Assembly: GCA_001938485.1 (NCBI GenBank)
Contig: MQRK01239066.1
Location: 14,639-78,638 of the forward strand
DNA length: 64,000 nucleotides
DNA from: Girardia tigrina
Taxonomy: Eukaryota
Reading direction: 5' to 3'
Shown here: in pieces, positions 52,741 to 64,000 of the stretch
Position numbering within the stretch: the first letter of the stretch is position 1
Layout: each line of letters begins with the position of its first letter
Notes under the pieces: model-generated
Told to the model about the DNA's origin: nothing
Databases searched by the model: none
What the model saw: only the letters and a program-made list of their open reading frames with translations
Program-made: the position numbers and the translations under genes

Positions 52741-54681
52741 ATTATTTTAAAGATATTTATGTAAAAAAAATTTCATTTTGTCTATAATTAATTATATCTC
52801 GGTATATAAAAGTTAATTTTTATTTGACCACCCTATACATATTATATTTATAATCAATTACTTCAAATAATGGAAAAGGAACAATTCAGATAAGACGGTA
52901 TAATATCACAGCAGAAAACTGGAAGATATCGTTATTAAGTTAAAATGTAAAAGTAAAATAACTAACTTATATTATTAAAAATGTTTTTGTGGATAGTTCG
53001 AAATAATTTTAGAATGAATTTTGTTTTGAGGTTCTCTCTTGCAAGTAATCTTGATTCAAGTAGTTTGAATGCTTAATGTTAGGCGCAAGTTATTTTTTGT
53101 TTTAAGTAGTTTCTTATCATTCCAATTACAAAGAATCTGATTCTATAAATTGTATGAACTTACTTAGGATCGAAAAGGTTTGTTGAAGTCTTTTGAAGGA
53201 TTTAGGATAACGAATCAGTTTATATTCTTTAAATTCAAAATTTATTGCCAAAATTGCTAATTATTTAATGGCCCTCAATTTCGTAATCTTTTATAAACAT
53301 GACTGATTATATATAATTTACTTTTGATGTTGGTAGTATTGGTAAAATTTTGATGAACTACATCAATTAACTATTACCTCACAATAGTTACATTCTACGC
53401 TTTATATTTTAGTGCAGAGTATTATACATATACCCAAGTTTACAATAAATCTTTAAACTAATATTCATAAACTAGTTTGCAAAATACTGGATAATATTTA
53501 TAATTAATTTTTATTGAACAACACGAAACAAAAAAGCAGTTCTTCAAAATATTTGCATAATATTGCAGTAAGAAAGAGTGTTCCAGATAGTGGAGGTTCC
53601 GGAAATGTGCATTTCCGGGAGCTCATAATAATACGTCATTATTATTTGCATAAAAAACATCTGATGGTGAGCTTTCATAATCAAAATGGTATTTTTGAAA
53701 TGTTTTAGTATACTATTTAATAACAAAATGGCGTATAATTTTAGTTTTGGGGGTTACGTGGAATACTTGATACAAAATACAACTTTTGAAAAGTGATTTC
53801 AACAATATACAAATGACAATTTTTATACTTTGAATGAAGGACATGGAAAATTAAATTATTATTAAACTGGTTGAAATTATATATGAATTTTTATTTTAGA
53901 CAAATCATGCAATTGGTTCATATTTTATACTGATTTATGTATAAAGGTGATTAAAAAAATCAGGTGTCCGAGGACTTTTGGGCTAGAGTAGTATTCTGAA
54001 TGTTTTATTCTTTCATTTTGTCAGAACTCTATTTTGCAAAGAAAATTTTTTAGTTATCATTTGTAGAAGGGAAAATTACTTTTACATTTACGTTTATCTT
54101 TACTTTTTTGCGTAATATAAACTACTTATAAATTATAAGTAGATTTTTTATACTAGTATTGTTCAGGAACTCCGATTTGGTCATTTTTTCCTATTTCGGT
54201 ACCATAAAAACGTTTTCTAATCAGATTTTTATATTATCATTTATTGTTATCAAAAATATGTAAGTATGCAATGTTTGGAGAAAATTGATAAAGTAAAAGG
54301 CCATCAAAAATAAGTTTCTAAATTCCATGGATATATATCCATATATATATATATATATATNNNNNNNNNNNNNNNNNNNNNNNNNNNNNNNNNNNNNNNN
54401 NNNNNNNNNNNNNNNNNNNNNATATATATATATATATTGGTCCACAGACATTTGGTATACAATTTTTTTTGTATAAAAATGAGGAAAAAATTAAATTATT
54501 AAATTATTTATAAAGAAATAAACAAGTCCATAACAACGTAATTTATTAATTATACGAGAAATTATTCTTCAGCAACTTTCCTCAATTCAATAAATAAACA
54601 TATATCTCTCCATTTGATTTAAATTTTTCAATCTTACAATAGATTCAATTCTTTCATTACTGAATAAAGATTTCTTCTTAC

Positions 54682-54759
54682 TTGAGTGATTTATTCTGCG
54701 ATATCCATTTGATAATTGGTGTATTAAAATATTGTCATCGTTGTAAGGATTTCTGATGT
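54682..54759 (-). CDS. Candidate internal host exon (78 nt, phase 1-1)
   Basis: AATAG acceptor and GTAAGA donor. Open frame IRNPYNDDNILIHQLSNGYRRINHS. Confidence 0.3.
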
Positions 54760-55069
54760 CTATTAAATTTTTGAATTTTTGAATTAAAGATAAAAAACAT
54801 TTTAAATTAATATTTAACTATAATAGTAAAAAATAGAAATTTATTTTAAAACAGTTTCAATTTTAATAATATTTAAAACTGTTTTACATAAAATTTGTAA
54901 TAATAAAACTTGTAATTAAATAAATTAAAAAAACGAATTAAATTTAAAATAATCAAATTAATAAATAAAATAGATTTGAAAACGAATTTAATATAAGATC
55001 CAAAAAATATTTTAACAGAATCTATTAAACTTTAAAAGTAAGTACCAAATGAAAAAAACTAAATATTAT

Positions 55070-55620
55070 AATAAATCCCAAATACCATGAATCTAAAAAT
55101 TATTTCCCAATCAAATAAAATTCATGATATGTTCAGTAATAAATCTTCCACTCATCTCGTTTTGTGCTCCGATCTTGTTGATAAATATACTTGTAATGGG
55201 TGTAACACCACACACATTGGAGAGACATCTCGTCATCTCTGCAAACGGATCAAAGAGCATAATCGGTTGGATAATGGGAGCAATATTGCCGAACATACTT
55301 TAAAATGTAAAAAGAAAATCGGAGAAAATGATTTTAAAATTCTGTGTAATCGATTTAAAAATTACTGGGAGAGAGTAACGTGTGAGGCCTTATTAATAAG
55401 ATCCATGGATCCAAAAATTAATATNNAAGCTTCACACTCAACTTCTCTGTTAAACATTTTCAAATAGAGCCTTTATTACATGATTGATTGCATAATCACA
55501 TTTCTCATATATAAGCTGCAAAAAGCCAGTGTTAATTTAGTCTGAAGATGGCATAGGGTAATCCACTGAAATTAATTACAAAAATAAATTGTGAAAAATG
55601 GCGTTCACTTTTTAATTATA
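55070..55620 (+). mobile_element. PLE 3' end: GIY-YIG endonuclease ORF (55087-55467) plus pLTR
   Basis: Motifs KYTCNGCNTTHIGETSRHLCKRIKEH and RVTCEALLIRSMDPKIN. Confidence 0.92.
55539..55580 (+). ncRNA. Minimal hammerhead motif, imperfect stems
   Basis: AGT CTGAAGA TGGCATAGGGTAATCCACT GAAA TTAATT ACA, about 70 nt after the ORF stop. Confidence 0.6.
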
Positions 55621-55979
55621 AGCAATATTAAATTTTAATGAAGTTTAATAAAATTATTATTCAAAAGAAAATACAATATTTAAAAACAATGTATGTAATT
55701 AAATACAAAAATTAATATAAAATATTTGAAGGTAGTTTATGTTTATAAGTTTTTAAATTAAAAAATTAAATTCGATATAAAATTTTAAAAATAATAAATT
55801 AACATATTTTGATATTTATAATTATTTAGATATTATTGGTTTGTGCAAGAAAAATTAAAAATCGTTCCTCGAAAATTTACTTAGGAAAAATTGTTTAAAT
55901 GATATGTTTATTGTTGTTATAAAATAAAATTTTCGAAAATGTCTGAATTCACATCTAAAAATAATACCGAGCCTTACAA

Positions 55980-56300
55980 TAGTTATCATCTTTTTTGATG
56001 ACTTCTAGGAATTTCCAAATTGACTAATGTTTCATTGAAATCATCCTTCGATATTTTGAATGCCATCATTCAACGTTGTTTTTCGTTCTATTATCATCCA
56101 AGATTACTGATGAATATCAATTCCAAATTTTAATATGAAATCTTGCTGCAGAATTATTGATATTTTCTGAATTGAATAAATTTATCGGTTTAATATAATT
56201 AATTTTAATGTAGTCTGCAAATTCGTTTAATTGATTGGGACAACTGGAATAAATATTGCTAAAAATAGAAATTATATCTCATTCAGGCGTACCTCGATTG
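55980..56300 (-). pseudogene. MULE transposase C-terminal remnant
   Basis: FADYIKINY...IWN...RTKNNVE*WH corresponds to the RTNN..EGWH motif. Confidence 0.65.
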
Positions 56301-56411
56301 TCATATAATTAATAAATTACGTTTTTATGGACCTATTTATTTATTTTTTAAATTATTTAACTTTTCTTCATTTTTATATAAAATATTTTATACTAAAAAT
56401 GTCTGGGTACC

Positions 56412-56451
<40 letters not shown>

Positions 56452-57399
56452 AAAGTTAATAAAAAGAATGGAAAAATTATGCATTTTTGTCATATATAAA
56501 GATTAGAAAAGTAATGATTGAAAAAAACAAAGTTGTCTTCAATCAATAGTTCGAGAGATTTTTCAAGATTTATTTTAAACTATAAGGCTCAGTCATACCA
56601 CATCTGAGGCTTACTTAATTGCTAAATTTACTCGAAACGAGTGGAAGAATCGTAGAAGAGGTGGTTACGTTTTATAATTTTATCACGCCAAGTAAATCCT
56701 TGAGAATGTCATAAATATCTTCATAATTTTACATTTAAATAAGCAAAATGGAAATACAAATGAAATGATAAATGATTTGATAATTTTATAATAAAATAAA
56801 AAATAAGACATTAGAAAAATCAAATTATGTCACATATTAAGATGAAAATCAGGAATAAATCAACTACTTTCAGTACGGATGAATTATATTTTGATTTCGA
56901 GAGTTTAACTGATATCGACACAGATTTAGAATGGGTGGGGTCATTGAGGAAAGCAAATGTGGGAAATCTGGTAAAGAACTAGACAATAATGTACTTGAAG
57001 CTTCTAGTAATTAAGAAATAGAATGAGTAAGCAGACCAGAAATGTCTCCGTACTTCTTTGCTTTGTAATTGTTAGAAATTTCAGATAATTATTTTATTCA
57101 GATGGATATACAAGGCTCAAAATATTTAAATCAAATTGCATTTTTAGGCTAATACGTTCATGTTGTTAATTCAATGAAACTATATTAATGAAATGTAAAG
57201 AAATAGTTTAATTTATCGTTTTAATTAATTAATATAACAAAATCATTATTCTCTCAATTACAAGAAACAAGTTATTAATATTTCCATTATTGTTCCAATA
57301 TTATCATTAGTGTACTATAAAAGTAAAATTATTCAATATTTATTCAAACAATTAAAAATTAAGTGACATTTAATTTTTTAACACAAAAAGATCCATTTC

Positions 57400-57630
57400 A
57401 AGAAAAAAATTTATTACCAAAGACAATTAATTTCGATGGTATAACCGTCATCGTCACGTCATAACGAAATTATAAATTTTCAATCTGCTTATACAAGCAG
57501 TGGTTGTGCAATCAATGAATAATTGCGTCATAAAAACACTAAAGTTGTCGAGAGACCCGTTTACACATTAATCTTAGGATTTAAAGATTTGAGATATAGT
57601 GCTTCAAAGACCACTTTCTCCAATAATTTT
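57400..57630 (-). mobile_element. PLE 3' end remnant
   Basis: Minus strand reads NYWR...FEALYLKSLNPKINV, followed by a hammerhead. Confidence 0.8.
57422..57460 (-). ncRNA. Degenerate minimal hammerhead
   Basis: GAC GTGACGA T GACGG-TTATA-CCATC GAAA TTAATT GTC. Confidence 0.65.
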
Positions 57631-57656
57631 TATTATTTAATAATTATAATTATAGC

Positions 57657-58170
57657 ATTGACTTATTTAAAAACCAAACCGATTTCACCATTTTGACATT
57701 TAGAATGTAATAAAATATAGTGATTAATTACTATTTATATAATTGAAAAACTATTTCATCATGTCTCAAAAAATGCTTTAAAATACTTTAACATGATTGG
57801 AAAAGATAAGTTGTGAAATCCGTACGGACTTTGCTGAACACATCCTCATTGAAAAGAAATAGTTCTATTTTGGCTCACAAAAAATTTTAAGGTTGACAAA
57901 GTAATCTCTAGAACAATACTTCTAAGTTATTTTAAAAAATTTCAACAAAAAGTAGGAAAGGATTGTTGTCGAAGCTCTGTTAATAATTATGATGGTATCA
58001 TCATAAAAACATTTTACATCCAATCTCAATAAAGTATTTTAAAACATATTTTTGAGACACAATGCAATAATTTTTCAACTAAATGTAAAAGTTAATTAAG
58101 CACATATTTTATATAACATTGCGGATACCATAAAGATAAAAACCAGGCTTGTTTTGTAAATAAATTCAAT
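57657..58170. repeat. Diverged ~150-bp inverted repeat (fold-back/MITE-like)
   Basis: 57657-57805 aligns with the reverse complement of 58015-58170 (e.g. TGTCTCAAAAA..G.TTTAAAATACTTTA). Confidence 0.7.
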
Positions 58171-58984
58171 TAAAATGAGTTTTTTTCTATTGAAGTTTCT
58201 ATTACTTAAGACAATATATGATATCAATCTTGAATATCTATGTTTAATCATTTTAATTTAACCAAAAATTAATTTACAAAAGTATTGAATGCTTCTGGGA
58301 TTTTTTTTATTTTTTTTAATTTAAAATAATTTTAATAATATTGGAAAGAATAAATAACAATAGTAATTTCACTCAAAAAAAGTATTAAAATTTATAAGAC
58401 TTAGATAAATATAACTTAATCTAAAAAGATCTAATAATTTTTATGAAAATCATAAAAAATAGGGCTGAAATTTAAAAAGAAAATTAAAATAAATTAACAT
58501 AAATAATTTTTTAAAAAACGAGAAAATCATTTTTGCATATCAAATTATTTTGAAAAAAAATTAATTTGTATAAAGAAATTTCAGATAAATTGAAAATTTA
58601 TGTTCACTCATAAATCAGCTTAATTTAAAAACTAATTAAACATTTAATGAATTTTAATTGAAGAGATCTCGGGATTTTCGAACGTGATATTTTATCAACA
58701 TTACGAAAGATTATTTTAAATTTTTAAATTTAAAGAAAAAAACTTTATATTTTCCAATAAATATTCAAATGTTAGAAAACCAATAAATCTTTCGATTGTT
58801 TTCCGGGGTAAAGATTTCTTTTAATTTTTTTTTACTTTCTACTAGTATTTCGGTTGTTTATCAAGAATGTGTAATGAATTTTTGATTTTTAATAAATATT
58901 AGAATAAAGATATTCATTTATTGTGTCAGATTGAGTTGAAAAAATGTTGTATTTTTAATTTCCTATATATATATATATCGAAAA

Positions 58985-59945
58985 TATAATTTGATTAAAG
59001 CTTTTTTTATATAATTATTGGACATGTTTCGATGTTTACATACATCATCATCAGCAATTTGAAAACAATGTTAATATATACATTAATTTTAAAAGAAATA
59101 TTAGGGATTAAATATTATTATTTATTAAAGTATTATTGGGTAATAATGGCAAAAATATTTTAATTAAAAATTTTAAGTATTGAAATAACCTTACTTTGCC
59201 CATTCTGAATGTTAATNNNNNNNNNNNNNNNNNNNNNNNNNNNNNNNNNNNNNNNNNNNNNNNNNNATTTTAAGTATTGAAATAACCTTACTTTGCCCAT
59301 TCTGAATGTTAATTGATGGGTTGTAGTGTCTTATTAGTAGAGATTCACAAAACTGTCGTTTGTAATGTGAATCAAAACCCTTTTGCAAAACAGAAAACTA
59401 ATCTTTTGAAATGGATGAGGTTCTATCCTTACAACATAACCAATGATCAAGAACCTTACTGGATCGACTCCTTTGCGAGTGCTCGCTAATCCGGGTTTTG
59501 AGATGACGATTTGTCTCTCCGATGTACGAGTTTTGACACCCGTGACAATTAAATTTATATACCAGATTAGCTTGCAAATCNNNNNNNNNNNNNNNNNNNN
59601 NNNNNNNNNNNNNNNNNNNNNNNNNNNNNNTACCAGATTAGCTTGCAAATCACAAACTGTTTTCGATTTGTTTGAGAGGAAACTTTGAACTTTGGATGTG
59701 ACTGAGACTACTTTAGCACTACTTATTGTTCTACAAATACTCTTCTTAATATACTCTTATGTATACAAACAAGCAAATAGAACACAACATTAGGGTAGCA
59801 TTAGACAAATTATGCACAGATGCACGAGTTAAAAAACAATTAAAGGAAGAAAATACTGAAGAATATAAACAAATCATTAAAATTCCATATTCTGAAGGAT
59901 TTAGAGCGTTTAAGAAGAGTATTTGTAGAACAATAAGTAAAAAAA
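58985..59945. mobile_element. PLE with an internal inversion: GIY-YIG and pLTR on minus (~59700-58985), RT-EN linker on plus (~59720-59945)
   Basis: Minus strand: KFNCHGCQNSYIGETNRHLKTRISEH...CESLLIRHYNPSIN. Plus strand: MYTNKQIEHNIR...IIKIPY. Confidence 0.85.
59017..59058 (-). ncRNA. Canonical-core minimal type-I hammerhead ribozyme
   Basis: ATTG CTGATGA T GATGT-ATGTAA-ACATC GAAA CATGTC CAAT: 4-bp stem I, 5-bp stem II, ACATGT palindrome and a GUC cleavage triplet. Confidence 0.9.
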
Positions 59946-60229
59946 TTTTCGATGGGTTTTCTTTGTGTTGCGATGCGAATGATTTCGATAAATAAAGATA
60001 TTGAGGATTATTTTGACAGTTTTACTGGTTCTTCAAGATTGAATGAGAATTCGAACGCTTTCAAATCAAGTCTGTGATTTATTAGATTTGAATGCCTACG
60101 AAAATTCGTCATCATTCTGTAGAATTTTACAAAATAAATTAAAAGGCTACTGAAAAGCCTATTCACTATTTGAAAAGATTTCCAAGAAAGAGTACAGACG
60201 AAAAACAGCGTGTTCTAATAACAAGGTAT

Positions 60230-60767
60230 AAATCATTGGATCTGGACCGCGTGGACTCTTAATTCTCGGTGGATCTGGCAGTGGGAAGACAACGAAATGT
60301 TAGTTAACGGGTCATTCTCAGAACGTATGTTGGAAGATATAAAAACTAACATCTTTGCTTCTCGTTTGTTACGGTGATAATATCGATGATCTAAATAACA
60401 TCAAATTCCTCCTCTATGTTCGATGGACAGTTTTGAAATCAAAATCATCTGATCATGTCTTCCAGCAATACCTTAGTTTCTGAACTGTTTCAGTTTGACA
60501 ATATTGACCGTTTTTTTCTCGGCTGTTGATGGTCACAGCGCTTACACGTGCTCTTGCACTGCCGAGTGTTGTTACAAGGATTGCATCGCGTTATCGATGA
60601 TTGCAGATGTCGATGTGCTGTGGGAATTTTGGGAATCGCGAACTCGTGAGATTCGTTTTTGTTCTTTACCGCGACCAGAATTCTGCTCCCTATTGACAGA
60701 ATGTCACGGCCACAAAACCGCTGAACCCGCTCCATCACCATCGGGTAACGCAGAATGCTTCACATAG
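60230..60767 (+). pseudogene. Frameshifted P-loop NTPase remnant (ANKRD50/TANC-like STAND domain suspected)
   Basis: Walker A RGLLILGGSGSGKTT at 60249-60293 and a possible Walker B VIDD near 60590. Several frameshifts. Confidence 0.45.
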
Positions 60768-61772
60768 AGTGTCTGTTAAATTTGTGCAATCTTTGAACGT
60801 GACGTTTCATCTACCACAAAAACAGTTTTGAGCTATATAAACAGAAATTTGAAGAAGTAACATCGATATTAAACCAAAACTCGTGATGTTTTAACGAACC
60901 AAAACATTGTAGACAGTAAGAAAGTGAGCACCGGGTAAGCTTAGCAGCTATACATGCCAACATTTTATGTCCATAAAATACTAAAAAAAAGATCTTCACA
61001 TGTATATCTGAAAGATTTAGTTGACAAAAAAACAGAAAACAGCAGATTATGCAAAACGGCGAAAATTTGCCGATTTTATTTTGATTACAAAACAAAAGGA
61101 AGACAATTTTTCAGAAAGAATAATCTTGAGTGACTAGCACATTTCTATGTTTTATGGTATGTCAACGAACAAACTTCCCGCAATTGGGCGACAATAATAC
61201 TACAGTGATCCAAAAGCACGAAATGGGTGGTGTGGATTTTTGACCGGAGACGTGATTGACGATTTTCTATTTGAAGATGATGAGCGAAATTCAGTTCATT
61301 TAACTGGTAACCGTTATTGAGCTATGATCACTAACATTTTTGTGGCCTCTTCTGGAAGAAATGGGGATGAAGGAATTAATAAAATGTGATTTCAGCAGGA
61401 CAGATCTAACTTCTACACATCCCAAGAGACAATCAACTTCCTTCATGAAAACTTCCCTGAGTCTTTGATGTCGTCTTTAAGTTCATATTATCTCAAAAAT
61501 GGTGACTTACTTTTTATGTGAATATGTGAAGTCACAAGTTAACGTAAAGAAACTTCAAACGATTTCAAGAGCTGTGCTTTTGAACTGAAGCAAGAAATTC
61601 AACCGGAATTTGGCGAAATCAACAAGGACGCATTCGAAAGAATGTTAATTAATTTCAATTATTCTTGCTACATTTAGTTAATTCTTGTCTTATAAAGCCT
61701 TTTTCATAAACTTTTATGTGCTGATTTCCATTAACGGGTTAGTAATCTTAGGTTCATTTGAAGATAAACCCA
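60765..61772 (+). mobile_element. Decayed Tc1/mariner-superfamily element (Tc3/rosa-like)
   Basis: Motifs WCGFLTGDVI..FLF, GNRY*AMI and FQQD...T.L.ENFP. Confidence 0.7.
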
Positions 61773-63047
61773 TAATATTTGATCCAATAACTTATGATAA
61801 TTGTCTGAAAGTCATTCAGCTGCAGCTTTTTATACATATTTACACAATACCATCGTGAGATTTGTTAAAATAAAATATATAAATGATGTTATCAAAAAGA
61901 TTACTAGTAAAACATAAATGTATTATTTAATCCATTTTCTACCTCTTTTTGGCATCTATCAAATTATCGTAAAAAAACATGAGATTTTGCACATCTTAAT
62001 AAATAATATTGTAATAATTTATTGATTATTTAACTTATGTATTCTTTATAAAAATAGGTTACCACTGGTCGCAGGTACATCCTATTAATCCTTCTACCAC
62101 GAATGACTGAATATTAACAGTACAACATGATGATCTATTATACAAATATTCAACTTATTCTAATTATTAAAAAATAGTGAAGCATTCCTTTCCGTTTCTT
62201 TTTTATGTATTTATTTATATCTTTTATGCTGCAAAATTTCAGAAAAAAATGGCATTTAATTATCAAATATGTCAAATAATAATAGATTATTTTTCATTTA
62301 TATATAATAAAACATTAAATAAATCAAAACTATCATTGTAAAAAAATAATAAATCAAAATTCCTTAATATTTTACAAAAACGAAATTATTTAATTTTATA
62401 GTTAAAATTTTAAAAGTTCAATTTTTGTTAAAAAAAATTTCAATTTAGTTTTTATATTATTAATTTATTTTTATTAATAAATTGTTTTAAACAAAATAAT
62501 TCTAATTAATTCAGAATTTCGATTATTTTTATAAAGAAAAATTTTTTTAATGTAAAAATTGTATTTTGTTTTCCTTTTAAAAGTATTTTACGAAATAATT
62601 ATAAGTTTGTAAGTTGAAAACTCTTTTAGATTTAACAAGATTTTTCGAATTATATTAAAACACTTTTTTAGTTATCTTTTAATTGATTTTTACGTCTTTA
62701 TTTTAGTATTTATTTTTATAATAATTGTTTTAATATTTTTATCAGAAAATGAAAAATGATCTTTCTGAATACAAACTGTTAATTGGAAGTAAATTCACTT
62801 CGTTCAAAGTTTTTTTTTACGACAAAATGATCAAAAAAATATTTATACATTTTAAAATAAATATTTTCGACAAAATTCACAATTCCAAAGAACATTCGTT
62901 TCGTACTTACGAAAAAGTTCCATCAAATTAATTTAATTTAATTGAACTCAACAATTCAGTATTCAATAAAAAAAATAATTTTTGTCAAACAAGTATTTTC
63001 ATATAAAAAAGTTTAAAAACCTTGCCTTAATTTTCCCTTGTGTTTGC

Positions 63048-63412
63048 CAGAGCAGTAGCAAGGGCGGTGCGAGCGGTGCGGTCGCACCGGGCGCATGGGC
63101 GCCAAAATCGCAAAATGACCAATTTTCACCGATCAGATCTCTGTAGGCTAATCACTTTATAATAATAATTATAGTAGTCTTTTTTGTTTAATGGCAAAGC
63201 ATCCATGAATTTTCCCAATAAATTGATGTTTTCTTATAGCTAGGCGATGCAAGGCTTAAGCATCAATGCTGCGTCATAGAGCATGTGAATACGAACGTCC
63301 AAAGTCACTTTAATTCTTTTAAGGCATAATTTGTAGTAGTGAATCTTTTTCGCGCTGAGGGCGCCAGATTTGAACTTCGCACAGGGCGTATTTTTTCCTT
63401 ACAACGGCTCTG
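63048..63412. mobile_element. hAT-type MITE (365 bp)
   Basis: TIRs CAGAGCAGTAGCAAGG / CAGAGCCGTTGTAAGG. Perfect 8-bp target duplication GTGTTTGC at 63040-63047 and 63413-63420. Confidence 0.92.
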
Positions 63413-63853
63413 GTGTTTGCAAATGGTTTTGGTGTATATAGACAACATTTTTTATTTTTATTTGACTGAATTTTAATTAATATCACTTTTGAATATTTAT
63501 TTTATGCACTTCCTACGATTTTTAAACATTCGTGCATCTTTGCGTTTTGCATCAAGATGATAAGAAAGAAAGATCATTTGTGTGCAAAGGGAGATGAAGG
63601 CAAGGAATATCAAAAGGTTCGTTCGAACTAGAAAAAATATTTCAGTTAAATAAGATTTAAAAATTAAATTGTCAAATACAAAATTTTCGTCTTTGTCAAA
63701 GTAAATAGTTATTTATTTCGTCTCAAATTGACATGATTAAATCGTCAATCGCAAATCTTCATAAAAAAATTCGAGAAAAATCGCATTTTATTAAAATAAA
63801 TTCACAAAATTTTAGTTCAAAATTGATAAAATGTAAAAAATGATTTTTATTAA

Positions 63854-64000
63854 CCCTTTGTAACTCAATAGAACTCAATAGAACTTCGTAACTCAATAGA
63901 GAGAACTGTCAAATTCATCATCCTACCACCAACGCCATCTGTATGTACTAATAAATCACCGATGTTGTATAGATCGGTGTGTAACAGATATGCAACAGTG
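63854..64000 (+). mobile_element. Possible start of a piggyBac-like element
   Basis: TTAA|CCCTTT followed by AACTCAATAG repeats; runs off the window. Confidence 0.4.

Noticed and set aside
56260-56293. 34-nt GT-AG intron candidate in the MULE remnant
   Set aside because: The segment itself resembles MULE coding sequence with a frameshift.
59170-59313. Tandem duplication around an N gap (also 59560-59650 and 39404-39472)
   Set aside because: Identical sequence on both sides of gaps indicates unmerged contig overlaps, i.e. an assembly artefact.

Overview
This is very AT-rich eukaryotic (invertebrate-like) genomic DNA from a gappy draft assembly; the species cannot be determined from the window. 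It is mostly a transposon graveyard. DNA transposons: a piggyBac with an intron-containing transposase, several mariner/Tc1/pogo copies with TIRs and TA target duplications, and hAT and MULE remnants and MITEs. Retroelements: a decayed Ty3/Gypsy element whose apparent 3' LTR carries an intact 151-aa ORF, LINE scraps, and many Penelope-like element (PLE) fragments. The strongest hidden signal, invisible to the ORF track, is about ten minimal type-I hammerhead ribozyme motifs (CUGANGA-stem II-GAAA-palindromic stem III) in the pseudo-LTRs of roughly three PLE families. These include a young head-to-head insertion with a target duplication and a fixed inverted 'tail' shared by two independent insertions. 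No complete host gene is evident; there are only a few candidate small spliced exons and a frameshifted P-loop NTPase remnant. All translations outside the ORF track and all alignments were done by eye.
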